NCBI RefSeq assembly: GCF_902713615.1
Contig: NC_052146.1
Coordinates: 270,633,350-270,697,349 of the forward strand
From: Scyliorhinus canicula
Taxonomy: Eukaryota
Length of the DNA stretch: 64,000 nucleotides
Direction of reading: 5' to 3'
A model generated the notes under the pieces. That model was not told the DNA's origin, searched no databases, and was given only the letters and a program-made list of their open reading frames with translations. Below are positions 38,701 to 51,705 of this stretch, piece by piece (the stretch's first letter is position 1; every line of letters starts with the position of its first letter). The translations under genes and the position numbers were made by a program.

Positions 38701-41143
38701 ATATCTATGTTCCATTTTAGGTTATTTTTCTTCCACCATTAGTCGAGAATGGACAGATGACGATGCCCAAAAGGGCAGTTCTGCAAAAATTTGAATTCTA
38801 AATTTACAGACATCCTGAAGCAAACAGCATAACATTTGTACAGCATGCAAGAAACAATACTTTTCACTGTATACTAATACATGTGACAATAATAAATCAA
38901 ATCAAATCAAAAATCAAAACATTTCTTGACAAACAAGTCACATACATAGCAGGATTTGACGGTCCGGGTACATAACTGCTTATCCATGTTGTTGCTCTAC
39001 AGTCACAATTCAACCAGGACCACGGGTCAGAAGAAAATAAATACTGTGGTTACATAACCTACACTTTGTCAAAAAAAAATCTTGTTTATCTGTAGCAACC
39101 ACAGCAAATTATCACTGTGTGTTAGTTAATCCCCCCATTTTGAATTGCAGCTGATTTGCGAGATATTTTCTCTGCAATGCAAGCATGTCTATAAGAAGTA
39201 CAAACATGTTCCAAAATGGTTGCATAATGTTATTTACATTTCAGAGCTGTAATTACCATGCTAAAATTTGGCAAGGATTCCCAATCAGAGATAAAGGAAG
39301 AAATGCTGTGAAGTGGCTTGGCTTGTTAACAGTCGGACCTGCAAAACCCATAAGAATACTTTTTCTGTCACTTAATATGTTTTCATCTCTGGGCCTTGGA
39401 TGTGTGAGCTTAATGTTCTGCATTGCTGGGTTCTTGATTTTTAAAAACAATTGATGGGTCAAATGTCACAGGAGCATTGAGTGAAATCAGGAAGAATTAC
39501 GGTTTTCTATTTCAACCTGAAAATGTGCGCACTGCCTGTGGGTTCTGTCCCGTTTCTGGTCGCTGTTTTTCACTCAATGGTTTCGGATCCCACTGATGCA
39601 AACCTAGCAAGTATGAAATGGAAGTGACCTTTCTATCCACAAGCAAACAGTTGTCTGATGGCAATCTAATGGGCTACTGGTAGATAGTTGATCATTTACT
39701 TTTACATGTGAAACTATAGTTGCTTCAGTCCCTGAAATCAGATTTTGGGGTACTATCGCACAGATATTTAATGCATTTATTTGAAATTGCTCTCTCTACT
39801 ATTTCGATAGCTCAACCAAAGTAGACGGTATTTTCAGATAGGTGCATTAAGCATATGAAACATAGTACATGAGTAATCTGTGACACAGAGTGCAGCATGC
39901 TTGAGAGAAACAGTTGATTTAGAGTGCTGGATTTTCACAAGGTCGCAATGACTCCAGGGACCTTCAGAAATGGCAGGCATGTCCTGACCGAGGTTCCTGC
40001 CTCTATCCCATTTCCGGCAATTTTTGCCAGCCGGATAGGTAAACTCCCAAACTGGCTGGCCCTTTTGTAGGGGTTGGCATCTCAAACCGCCTCCTCCCTC
40101 CCCAGCACCACCTCCCAAGATTTCTGTGCAGTTTCCCGAGGACCCATAAGTGTTGTGAGCCATAGTCTGGGTTTGGGTACCTTTTGGCAGGCAGTTTATA
40201 AGTTTTACCCATGTCCCCTCATAACCACCATGCCCATATGCCTGCCCTTTGCAATCCATGCACCTTCGTGCCTTGATGTGCCCTCCATGCGCACCCCCAC
40301 CCCCGCATTCTCCATCCCCACTCACCCAGAATGAACTATGTACAGAACCAATGAATCACTTAATAAAAGTGGCAAGTCTTAATGAGGCCACCTGGAGAAA
40401 CCGATGTCACCCCATCTATTTATGTTGATACAGTTGCCAGATGGCCTAATTTTGAATACTTCCCTGAGCTCCAAGACCGACGAATGGAATTGGCTCAGCA
40501 GGGCTTGTTGAAAGGAAATGTTAGGTTTGATTATTTGCCAACTTTATGAGGTTATGGTAATATTCTTGTATTATTATAATATTCTATAATACCTAGTATG
40601 CCTTTCTTGAATTAGTTTTCTCAATGTATATATGTTTATTTGGATAAGATTAAAAAGTGTAAAGTTCGGTAAAGCCTATGCTAGTGAGACTATGAATGGC
40701 TGTGTCTGATTGATGCTTTTATAATGTTGTATGAGCAGTAGTTCTTTCAGAAGGATATTTCCAAATCTTGTGGTTTTTCTCATGAGCTTTTCAATATTCC
40801 GCAGGCCGAACACTGTCTAATGTATTTGCATAAAATGCCATCTTCATTTCGGCCAAGTGAAGATGGCACTGTATAACATCAGGGTGTGGTTCAGCATAGT
40901 GTACCCAGCTAAATTGAGGGTGACCTACAACTCCAAAGACCTTTATTTCGAGACGGTGGAAGTGGCAGAGGTATTTGTGAAGGCAGAAGGACTGGGGCAG
41001 AAGTGAGAAATGGGACTGAGGATGGGTCTTGGACTGAGGGTAGGGGGGTGGAGGAGTGTATATAGCTCTATTTTTCACTGCATGTTGTTGTTATATGTGC
41101 TAAATGAGTTGAAGTTGCTGATCTGGACAAGGCAAGAGTTGAC

Positions 41144-42097
41144 GGGCGTGATTCTCCGCTCCCCACGCCGGGTGGGAGAATCGCGGAGGGCCAGGCGACT
41201 CACGACACGCACCCCTGGCGCCCCCCGCGATTCTCCCACACCCTGCTCGGAAGAATCGGCGCTCGCCATTTTTCACGGCGACCGGATATTCTCCGACCCG
41301 GATGGGCTGAGCGGCCTGGCGTTCGCGACGGGTTCACGAGGGTGGCAACCACACCTGGTCGCTGCTGTCGTGAACATTGGCGCCAAACGCTGGTTTGACG
41401 CTTGTGGGGGGCAGAGAGGGGAGTGAGCACCTCGGCCGTGCTCGGGAGGGGACTGGCCTGCGATCGGTGCCCACCGATCGCCGGGCCGGCGTCTCAAGGG
41501 GACGGACGCTTTCCCCTCCGCCGCCCCGCAAGATCAAGCCGCCACGTCTTGTGGGGCGGTGGAGGGGAAGACGGTAACCGCGCATGTGCGGGTTGGCGCC
41601 GGCCAACCTGCGCATACACGGCTGACGTCATTGGGCGCGCCGGCTGCGTCATTCTCGGCGCGTCAGGCCTTGACGCCAGCGACGTCACGACAGCTGACGG
41701 CTGAAACCCGTGCATGCGCGGTTGACGTCTTCCTCTCCGCTGCCCCGCAAGACGTGGCGGCTTGATCTTGCGGGGCGGCAGAGGGGAAAGAGTCCGTCCC
41801 CTTGAGACGCCGGCCCGACGATCGGTGGGCACCGATCGCGGGCCAGTCCCCTCCCGAGCACGGTAGTGGTGCTCACTCCCCTCTCTGCCCCCCACAAGCC
41901 ACAAAACAGCTGCTGGCGCCATGTTCATGCCGGCAGCGACCAGGTGTGGTTTCCGCCAGCGTGAACCTGTCAGGAACGGCGACCCGCGATTCTCCGAGCG
42001 GCGTGTCGCGTTTTGGGGGGGTGGGGGAATCGCGGGCGGTGCCAGAGCGGCCCTCCCGCGATTCTCCCACACGGCGTAGGAGCGGAGTATCGCGTCC
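41144..42097. mobile_element. Palindromic head-to-head fusion of two family-A MITE halves
   Basis: Both ends are the same terminus (GGGCG.GAT.CTCCGCTCC..ACGCCG.GTGGGAGAATCGCG). Orientation flips near 41680. Flanks GAC/AAG do not form a TSD. Confidence 0.85.
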
Positions 42098-42228
42098 AAG
42101 GAGAGGGGGGAAATATATATATATAAAGAAAGACAAGAAATAAATAAAAGGTTAAAGACAGTTAAAATGAAAACAAAAGTGTTGAGGTGAGATAGATCGA
42201 ATCATCTGAAGTTGTTTGTCAAAGTCGG

Positions 42229-45200
42229 ATCCACAGACCAGGGGTAGTAATCCAGAGACCCGGAGTAGTAACCCAGAGACCCAGGGTAGTAATCCAGAGA
42301 CCCGGGGTAGTAATCCACAGACCCAGGGTAGTAATCCACAGACCCGGGGTAGTAATCCAGAGACCCGGGGTAGTAATCCACAGACCCGGGGTAGTAATCC
42401 ACAGACCCGGGGTAGTAATCCACAGACCCGGGGTAGTAATCCAGAGACCGGGGATAGTAATCCAGAGACCTGGGGTAGTAATCCAGAGACCCGGGGTAGT
42501 AATCCACACACCCGGGGTAGTAATCCAGAGACCCGGGGTAGTAATCCAGAGACCCGGGGTAGAAATCCAGAGACCGGGCGTAGTAATCCAGAGACCCAGG
42601 GTAGTAATCCACAGACCCTGGGTAGTAATCCACAGACCCGGGGTAGTAATCCACAGACCCGGGGTAGTAATCCACAGACCCGGGGTAGTAATCCACAGAC
42701 CTGGGGTAGTAATCCACAGACCCGGGGTAGTAATCCACAGACCCGGGGTAGTAATCCAGAGACCGGGGATAGTATTCCAGAGACCTGGGGTAGTAATCCA
42801 GAGACCCGGGGTAGTAATCCACAGACCCGGGGTAGTAATCCAGAGACCCGGGGTAGTAATCCAGAGACCCGGGGTAGAAATCCAGAGACCGGGGGTAGTA
42901 ATCCAGAGACCCAGGGTAGTAATCCACAGACCCTGGGTAGTAATCCACAGACCCGGGGTAGTAATCCACAGACCCGGGGTAGTAATCCACAGACCCGGGG
43001 TAGTAATCCACAGACCCGGGGTAGTAATCCACAGACCCGGGGTAGCAATCCACAGACCCGGGGTAGTAATCCACAGACCCAGGGTAGTAATCCACAGACC
43101 CGGGGTAGTAATCCAGAGACCCGGGGTAGTAATCCAGAGACCTGGGGTAGTAATCCACAGACCCGGGGTAGTAATCCAGAGACCGGGGATAGTAATCCAG
43201 AGACCCGGGGTAGTAATCCAGAGACCCGGGGTAGTAATCCAGAGACCGGGGATAGTAATCCAGAGACCTGGGGTAGTAATCCAGAGACCCTGGGTAGTAA
43301 TCCACAGACCCGGGGTAGTAATCCACAGACCCGGGGTAGTAATCCAGAGACCCGGGGTAGTAATCCAGAGACCGGGGGTAGTAATCCAGAGACCCAGGGT
43401 AGTAATCCACAGACCCTGGGTAGTAATCCACAGACCCGGAGTAGGAATCCACAGACCCGGGGTAGTAATCCAGAGACCCGGGGTAGTAATCCAGAGATCC
43501 GGGGTAGTAATCCAGAGACCCGGGGTAGTAATCCAGAGACCGGGGATAGTAATCCAGAGACCCGGAGTAGTATCCACAGACCCGGGATAGTAGTCCAGAG
43601 ACCCGGGGTAGTAATCCAGAGACCTGGGGTAGTAATCCAGAGACCCGGGATAGTAGTCCAGAGACCCGGGGTAGTAATCCACAGACCCGGGGTAGTAATC
43701 CAGAGACCCGGGATAGTAATCCAGAGACCCGGGGTAGTAATCCAGAGACCCGGAATAGTAATCCACAGACCCGGGGTAGTAATCCAGAGACCCGGAGTAG
43801 TAATCCACAGTCCCGGGATAGTAATCCAGAGACCCGGGATAGTAATCCAGAGACCCGGGGTAGTAATCCAGAGACCCGGGGTAGTAATCCAGAGACCCGG
43901 GGTAGTAATCCAGAGACCCGGGGTAGTAATCCAGAGACCCGGGGTAGTAATCCAGAGACCCGGGGTAGTAATCCAGAGACCCGGGGCAGTAATCCACAGA
44001 CCCAGGGTAGTAATCCAGAGACCCGGGGTAGTAAACCAGAGACCCAGGGTAGTAATCCAGAGACCCGGGGTAGTAATCCAGAGATCCGGGGTAGTAATCC
44101 ACAGACCCGGGGTAGTAATCCAGAGACCGGGGTAGTAATCCAGAGACCCGGGGTAGTAATCCAGAGACCCGGGGTAGTAATCCACAGACCCGGGGTAGTA
44201 ATCCACAGACCCGGGGTAGTAATCCACAGACCCGGGGTAGTAATCCACAGACCCGGGGTAGCAATCCACAGACCCGGGGTAGTAATCCACAGACCCGGGG
44301 TAGTAATCCACAGACCCGGGGTAGTAATCCAGAGACCCGGGGTAGTAATCCAGAGACCTGGGGTAGTAATCCACAGACCCGGGGTAGTAATCCAGAGACC
44401 GGGGATAGTAATCCAGAGACCCGGGGTAGTAATCCAGAGACCCGGGGTAGTAATCCAGAGACCGGGGATAGTAATCCAGAGACCTGGGGTAGTAATCCAG
44501 AGACCCTGGGTAGTAATCCACAGACCCGGGGTAGTAATCCACAGACCCGGGGTAGTAATCCAGAGACCCGGGGTAGTAATCCAGAGACCGGGGTAGTAAT
44601 CCAGAGACCCAGGGTAGTAATCCACAGACCCTGGGTAGTAATCCACAGACCCGAAGTAGGAATCCACAGACCCGGGGTAGTAATCCAGAGACCCGGGGTA
44701 GTAATCCAGAGATCCGGGGTAGTAATCCAGAGACCCGGGGTAGTAATCCAGAGACCGGGGATAGTAATCCAGAGACCCGGAGTAGTATCCACAGACCCGG
44801 GATAGTAGTCCAGAGACCCGGGGTAGTAATCCAGAGACCTGGGGTAGTAATCCAGAGACCCGGGATAGTAGTCCAGAGACCCGGGGTAGTAATCCACAGA
44901 CCCGGGGTAGTAATCCAGAGACCCGGGATAGTAATCCAGAGACCCGGGGTAGTAATCCAGAGACCCGGAATAGTAATCCACAGACCCGGGGTAGTAATCC
45001 AGAGACCCGGAGTAGTAATCCACAGTCCCGGGATAGTAATCCAGAGACCCGGGATAGTAATCCAGAGACCCGGGGTAGTAATCCAGAGACCCGGGGTAGT
45101 AATCCAGAGACCCGGGGTAGTAATCCAGAGACCCGGGATAGTAATCCAGAGACCCGGGGTAGTAATCCAGAGACCCGGGGTAGTAATCCAGAGACCCGGG

Positions 45201-48200
45201 GCAGTAATCCACAGACCCAGGGTAGTAATCCAGAGACCCGGGGTAGTAAACCAGAGACCCAGGGTAGTAATCCAGAGACCCGGGGTAGTAATCCAGAGAT
45301 CCGGGGTAGTAATCCACAGACCCGGGGTAGTAATCCAGAGACCGGGGTAGTAATCCAGAGACCCGGGGTAGTAATCCAGAGACCCGGGGTAGTAATCCAG
45401 AGACCCGGGGTAGTAATCCAGAGACCCGGGGTAGTAATCCACAGACCCGGGGTAGAAATCCAGAGACCCGGGGTAGTAATCCAGAGACCCGGGGTGGTAA
45501 TACAGAGACCCAGGGTAGTAATCCACAGACCCGGGGTAGTAATCCAGAGACCCAGGGTAGTAATCCACAGACCCGGGGTAGTAATCCACAGACCTGGGGT
45601 AGTAATCCAGAGACCCGGGATAGTAATCCAGAGACCCGGAGTACAAATCCAGAGACCCGGGGTAGTAATCCACAGAACCGGGGTAGTAATCCAGAGACCC
45701 GGAGTACAAATCCAGAGACCCGGGATAGTAATCCAGAGACCTGGGGTAGTAATCCAGAGACCTGGGGTAGTAATCCAGAGACCTGGGGTAGTAATCCAGA
45801 GACCCGGGGTAGTAATCCACAGACCCGGGGTAGTAATCCACAGACCTGGGGTAGTAATCCAGAGACCTGGGATAGTAATCCAGAGACCCGGGGTAGTAAT
45901 CCACAGACCCGGGGTAGTAATCCACAGACCCGGGGTAGTAATCCACAGACCCGGGGTAGTAATCCACAGACCTGGGGTAGTAATCCAGAGACCCGGGATA
46001 GTAATCCAGAGACCCGGAGTACAAATCCAGAGACCCGGGATAGTAATCCAGAGACCCGGGGTAGTAATCCAGAGACCCGGAGTAGTAATCCACAGACCCG
46101 GGGTAGTAATCCACAGACCCGGGGTAGTAATCCAGAAACCCGGAGTACAAATCCAGAGACCCGGGATAGTAATCCACAGACCCGGGGTAGTAATCCAGAG
46201 ACCCAGGGTAGTAATCCACAGACCCGGAGTACAAATCCAGAGACCCGGGATAGTAATCCAGAGACCCGGGATAGTAATCCAGAGACCCGGAGTACAAATC
46301 CAGAGACCCGGGATAGTAATCCAGAGACCTGGGGTAGTAATCCAGAAACCCGGAGTACAAATCCAGAGACCCGGGATAGTAATCCAGAGACCTGGGGTAG
46401 TAATCCAGAGAACCGGGGTAGTAATCCAGAGACCCGGGGTAGTAATCCAGAGTCCCGGGGTAGTAATCCACAGACCCGGGGATAGTAATCCAGAGACCCG
46501 GGGTAGTAATCCAGAGACCCGGGGTAGTAATCCAGAGTCCCGGGGTAGTAATCCACAGACCCGGGATAGTAATCCAGAGACCCGGGGTAGTAATCCAGAG
46601 ACCCGGGATAGTAATCCAGAGACCCGGGGTAGTAATCCAGAGTCCCGGGGTAGTAATCCACAGACCCGGGATAATAATCCAGAGACCCGGGGTAGTAATC
46701 CAGAGTCCCGGGGTAGTAATCCACAGACCCGGGATAGTAATCCAGAGTCCCGGGGTAGTAATCCACAGACCCGGGATAGTAATCCAGAGACCCGGGGTAG
46801 TAATCCAGAGACCCGGGGTAGTAATCCAGAGACCTGGGGTAGTAATCCAGAGACCCGGAGTACAAATCCAGAGACCCGGGATAATAATCCAGAGACCCGG
46901 GGTAGTAAGTCAGAGACCCGGAGTACAAATCCAGAGACCCGGGGTAGTAATCCACAGACCCGGGGTAGTAATCCAGAGACCCGGAGTACAAATCCACAGA
47001 CCCGGGATAGTAATCCAGAGACCTGGGGTAGTAATCCAGAGACCTGGGGTAGTAATCCAGAGACCTGGAGTAGTAATCCAGAGAACCGGGGTAGTAATCC
47101 AGAGACCCGGGGTAGTAATCCAGAATCCCGGGGTAGTAATCCACAGTCCCGGGGATAGTAATCCAGAGACCCGGGGTAGTAATCCAGAGACCCGGGGTAG
47201 TAATCCAGAGTCCCGGGGTAGTAATCCACAGACCCGGGATAGTAATCCAGAGACCCGGGGTAGTAATCCAGAGACCCGGGATAGTAATCCAGAGAACCGG
47301 GGTAGTAATCCAGAGTCCCGGGGTAGTAATCCACAGACCCGGGATAGTAATCCAGAGACCCGGGGTAGTAATCCAGAGTCCCGGGGTAGTAATCCACAGA
47401 CCCGGGATAGTAATCCAGAGTCCCGGGGTAGTAATCCACAGACCCGGGACAGTAATCCAGAGACCCGGGGTAGTAATCCAGAGACCCGGGGTAGTAATCC
47501 AGAGACCTGGGGTAGTAATCCAGAGACCCGGAGTACAAATCCAGAGACCCGGGATAATAATCCAGAGACCCGGGGTAGTAATCCAGAGACCCGGAGTACA
47601 AATCCAGAGACCCGGGGTAGTAATCCACAGACCCGGGGTAGTAATCCAGAGACCCGGAGTACAAATCCACAGACCCGGGATAGTAATCCAGAGACCTGGG
47701 GTAGTAATCCAGAGACCTGGGGTAGTAATCCAGAGACCTGGAGTAGTAATCCAGAGACCGGGGGTAGTAATCCAGAGACCCGGAGTACAAATCCACAGAC
47801 CCGGGATAGTAATCCAGAGACCTGGGGTAGTAATCCAGAGACCTGGGGTAGTAATCCAGAGACCTGGAGTAGTAATCCAGAGACTCAGGGTAGTAATCCA
47901 CAGACCCGGGGTAGTAATCCAGAGACCCGGGGTAGTAATCCAGAGACCAGGGGTAGTAAACCAGAGACCTGGAGTAGTAATCCAGAGACCCGGGGTAGTA
48001 ATCCAGAGACCCAGGGTAGTAATCCAGAGACCCGGGGTAGCAATCCAGAGACCCAGGGTAGTAATCCTGAGACCCTGGGTAGTAATCCAGAGACCCGGGG
48101 TAGTAAACCAGAGACCCGGGGCAGCAATCCAGAGACCCAGGGCAGTAATCCAGTGACCCGGGGTAGTAAACCAGAGACCCGGGGCAGTAATCCAGAGACC

Positions 48201-48500
48201 CGGGGTAGTAATCCACAGACCCGGGGTAGTAATCCAGAGACCCGGGGTAGTAATCCACAGACCCGGGGTAGTAATCCACAGACCCGGAGTAGTAATCCAG
48301 AGACCCGGGGTAGTAATCCAGAGACCCGGGGTAGTAATCCACAGACCCAGGGTAGTAATCCACAGACCCAGGGTAGTAATCCAGAGACCCGGGGTAGTAA
48401 TCCAGAGACCCGGGGTAGTTATCCAGAGACCTGGGGTAGTAATCCAGAGACCCGGGGTAGTAATCCACAGACCCGGGGTAGTAATCCACAGACCCGGGGT
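42229..48500 (+). repeat. 21-bp minisatellite, ~300 units, consensus GGGGTAGTAATCCA(G/C)AGACCC
   Basis: Directly visible tandem array of ~6.27 kb. Occasional 20- and 22-bp units. Variant units cluster regionally. Confidence 0.99.
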
Positions 48501-48730
48501 AATGCCCTGCAGTCCCAGGTTCAAATTCCTACACTGCAGATGGAATTAAAAGTCGAGTGATGACCATGAAACCACTGTCGATTGTCATAAACACCCATCT
48601 GGTTCCCTAATGTCCTATAGAGAAGGAAATCTGCCATCCTTACTTGGTCTGGCTGACATGTGACTCTACACCCACAGCAATGTGCTTGACTTCAACTGTC
48701 CCCTCAAGGCTATTTAGGAATGGGGATAAA
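48501..48730 (+). mobile_element. 3' part of SINE family B, contiguous with the minisatellite
   Basis: AATGCCCTG...GGTTCAAATTCC (48518-48529)...TGATGACCATGAAACC...GGAAATCTGCCATCCTTAC.TGGTCTGG, colinear with 11911-12170. Confidence 0.88.
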
Positions 48731-48892
48731 TACTTGCATTTGTAATGCAACTTTCACATCTTGGGGAAGTCCAGAAGTTTACAGCCAATGAAGTACTTTT
48801 GAAGTGTTGTTCTAATGTGGGAAACATAGCTCAAATCATAGCACAAGCACTTCACAATAGAACACTGAGCTGCTGTGTTTCTGGGCTGCCTG

Positions 48893-49208
48893 ATTGGATT
48901 GGATTGGATTTGTTTATTGTCACGTGTACCGAGGTAAAGTGAAAAGTATTTTTCTGCGAGCAGTTCAATAGATCATTAAGTACATGGGAAGAAAAGGGAA
49001 CAAAAGAAAATACATAATAGGGCAACACAAGGTATACAATGTAACTACATAAGCACCGGCATCGGATGAAGCATACAGGGTTCAGTGTAATGAGATCAGT
49101 CCATAAGAGGGTCATTTAGGAGTCTGGTAACAGCGGAGAAGAAGCTGTTTTTGAAGAAGCTGTTAGTACGTGTTCTCAGACTTCTGTGTCTCCTGCCCGA
49201 TGGAAGAA
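48893..49208 (-). mobile_element. Rex1/Babar LINE 3' end
   Basis: Reverse complement of 16430-16773, including the (GGATT)n tail. Confidence 0.88.
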
Positions 49209-49727
49209 TCCCAATTCAATATATGTCAAAGAGTGACTTGAAGCCCATGGAATGTGGTACAGTAGATGTGTCTGCATTAATTAGTAAATATAGGTGAAAT
49301 GTAGGAATTAAATTGTATTTCATCTCATGCTAGGCCACATGGAAGTCACAGTGCATGCGGTTTGCCGCACTGATTCTCTTTTGGTTGAACCTGATTAAAT
49401 CAATCGAGAAACTGATCACAGTGAACCAATCAGAAAAGCTCTTACATGAGGCCTTGGAATGATAGATAAATCAATGGATCGAAAGCGATCTATCAGGCAA
49501 TAAATGAATTCACCTCCTCTCTCAAGGTAATTGTGTATATCTTAGACACTAGCCAATGTCAAGCAACATTCTCCAACCAAGAAGGTTGGCAGGAAACCTG
49601 CTAGCGGCCTCTTGGAAAACACAATAGGTATTCCTCCCTAAAGAAATGATGTGGAGATGCCGGCGTTGGACTGGGGTGAGCACAGTAAGAAGTCTTACAA
49701 CACCAGGTTAAAGTCCAACAGGTTTGT

Positions 49728-49770
49728 TTCAAACACGAGCTTTCGGAGCACGGCTCCTTCTTCAGGTGAA
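49728..49770 (-). ncRNA. Minimal type I hammerhead ribozyme in the Penelope pLTR
   Basis: Reverse complement of the 53855-53897 motif. Confidence 0.8.
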
Positions 49771-49913
49771 TGGAAAGGCTTGTTCCAGAAATGTTTATAT
49801 AGACACAGTCAGAGATGCCCCGGAATGCGAGCACCTGCAGGCAATCAAATCATCAAAGATGCAGAGAGAGAGGTAACTCCAGGTTAAAGAGGTGTGAATT
49901 GTCCCAAGCCAGT

Positions 49914-51705
49914 TCAGTCGGTAGGCCTCTGCAAGTCCAGGCTTGTTGGTGGGGGCCGAATGTAATGCGACATGAATCCCAGATCCCGGTTGAGTCCGCA
50001 TTCATGCGTGCGGAACTTAGCTATAAGTTTTTGCTCAGCAATTTTGCGTTGTCGCGTCTCCTGAAGGCCTCCTTGTAGAATGCTGACCCGGAGATCAGAG
50101 GCTGAATGTCCTTGACTGCTGAAGTGTTCCCCAACTGGAAGGGAACAGTCCTGCCTGTTGATAGTCGCACGATGCCCGTTTATTCGTTGTCGCAGTGTCT
50201 GCATGGTCTCGCCAATGTACCACGCTTCGGGACATCCTTTCCTGCAGCGTATGAGGTAGACTACATTGGTCGAGTCGCACGAGTATGCGCCGCGTACCTG
50301 GTGGGTGGTGTTTCCACGTGTAATGGTGGTGTCCATGTCGATGATCTGGCATGTCTTGCAGAGATTACCCTGGCAGGGTTTTGTGGTGTTGTGGTTGCTG
50401 TTCTGAAGGCTGGGTAATTTGCTGCAAACAATGGTTTGTTTGAGGTTGCGCGGTTGTTTGAAGGCCAGTAGTGGGGGTGTGGGGATGACCTTGGCAAGAT
50501 GTCCATCCTCGCTGATGATGTGTTGGAGGCTGCGAAGAAGATGTCGTAGTTTCTCCGCCCCAGGAAAGTACTGGACGACGAAGGGTACTCTGTCAGTGGT
50601 GTCCCGTGTTTGTCTTCTGAGGAGGTCGGTGCGGTTTTTTGCTGTGGCGCGGTGGAACTGTCGATCAATGAGTCGAGCGCCATATCCCGTTCGTACGAGG
50701 GCATCTTTCAGCATCTGTAGGTGTCTGTTGCGCTCCTCCTTGTCTGAGCAGATCCTGTGTATACGGAGGGCTTGTCCATAGGGGATGGCTTCTTTAATGT
50801 GTTTCGGGTGAAAGCTGGAGAAGTGGAGCATCGTGAGATTATCTGTGGGCTTGCGGTAAAGCGAGGTGCTGAGGTGACCGTCCTTGATGGAGACGAGTGT
50901 GTCCAAGAATGGAACTGAATTTGGAGAATAGTCCATGGTGAGTTTGATGGTGGGATGGAACTTATTGATGTCATCGTGTAGTCGTTTCAGTGATGTCTCG
51001 CCGTGGGTCCAAAGGAAAAAAATGTCATCGATGTATCTGGTGTATAGCATCGGTTGAAAGTCCTGTGTGGTGAGGAAGTCCTGTTCAAACTTGTGCATGA
51101 AGATGTTGGCATATTGAGGTGCAAATTTGGTCCCCATGGCTGTTCCGTGCGTCTGGATGAAGAATTTGTTGTCGAAGGTGAAGACGTTGTGGTCTAGAAT
51201 GAAACGGATGAGTTGCAGAATTGCGTCTGGAGATTGGCAGCTGTCGGTGTTGAGGACTGAGGCTGTTGCAGCAATGCCGTCGTCATGGGGGATGCTGGTG
51301 TAGAGTGCCGAGACATCCATTGTGACGAGGAATGTTCCTGGTTCAACTGGTCCATGGGTGCTGAGTTTCTGTAGGAAGTCCGTCGTGTCGCGACAGAAGC
51401 TGGGTGTACCTTGTACGATGGGTTTCAAGATGCCCTCGATGTGGCCAGAGAGGTTCTCACACAGGGTCCCATTGCCTGAAACGATAGGACGGCCTGGTGT
51501 GTTGGCCTTGTGTATTTTCGGGAGGCAGTAGAGATCTCCAATGCGGGGATTACGTGGGATGAGAGCACGTAGGGTGTTCTGAAGGTCTGGATCTAAGGTC
51601 TTGATCAGTCTGCTGAGTTGGCGGATGTGTTCCTTGGTTGGATCTGCGGGTAACTGCCTGTAGTGTTCCTGGTTGTCGAGTTGTCGGTATACTTCTTTGC
51701 AGTAG
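49914..51705 (-). CDS. Penelope RT plus GIY-YIG endonuclease, 5'-truncated, uninterrupted
   Basis: MDVSALYTSIP, GTAMGTKFAPQYANIFM, RYIDDIF, FLD, LYRKPT, CxxxxCxxC, NVVYLIRC...WYIGET, R..H, GLN. The ORF track calls 504 aa from 51428; the frame continues upstream toward the junction. Confidence 0.9.

Noticed and set aside
42229-48500. CRISPR array or telomeric repeat
   Set aside because: There are no unique spacers, the context is eukaryotic, and the unit is not TTAGGG.
42152-48560. 1439-2101-aa ORFs as real genes
   Set aside because: They are overlapping ORFs in several frames produced by a stop-free 21-mer. Indels switch the peptide, there is no unique domain, and the unit traces to a SINE.
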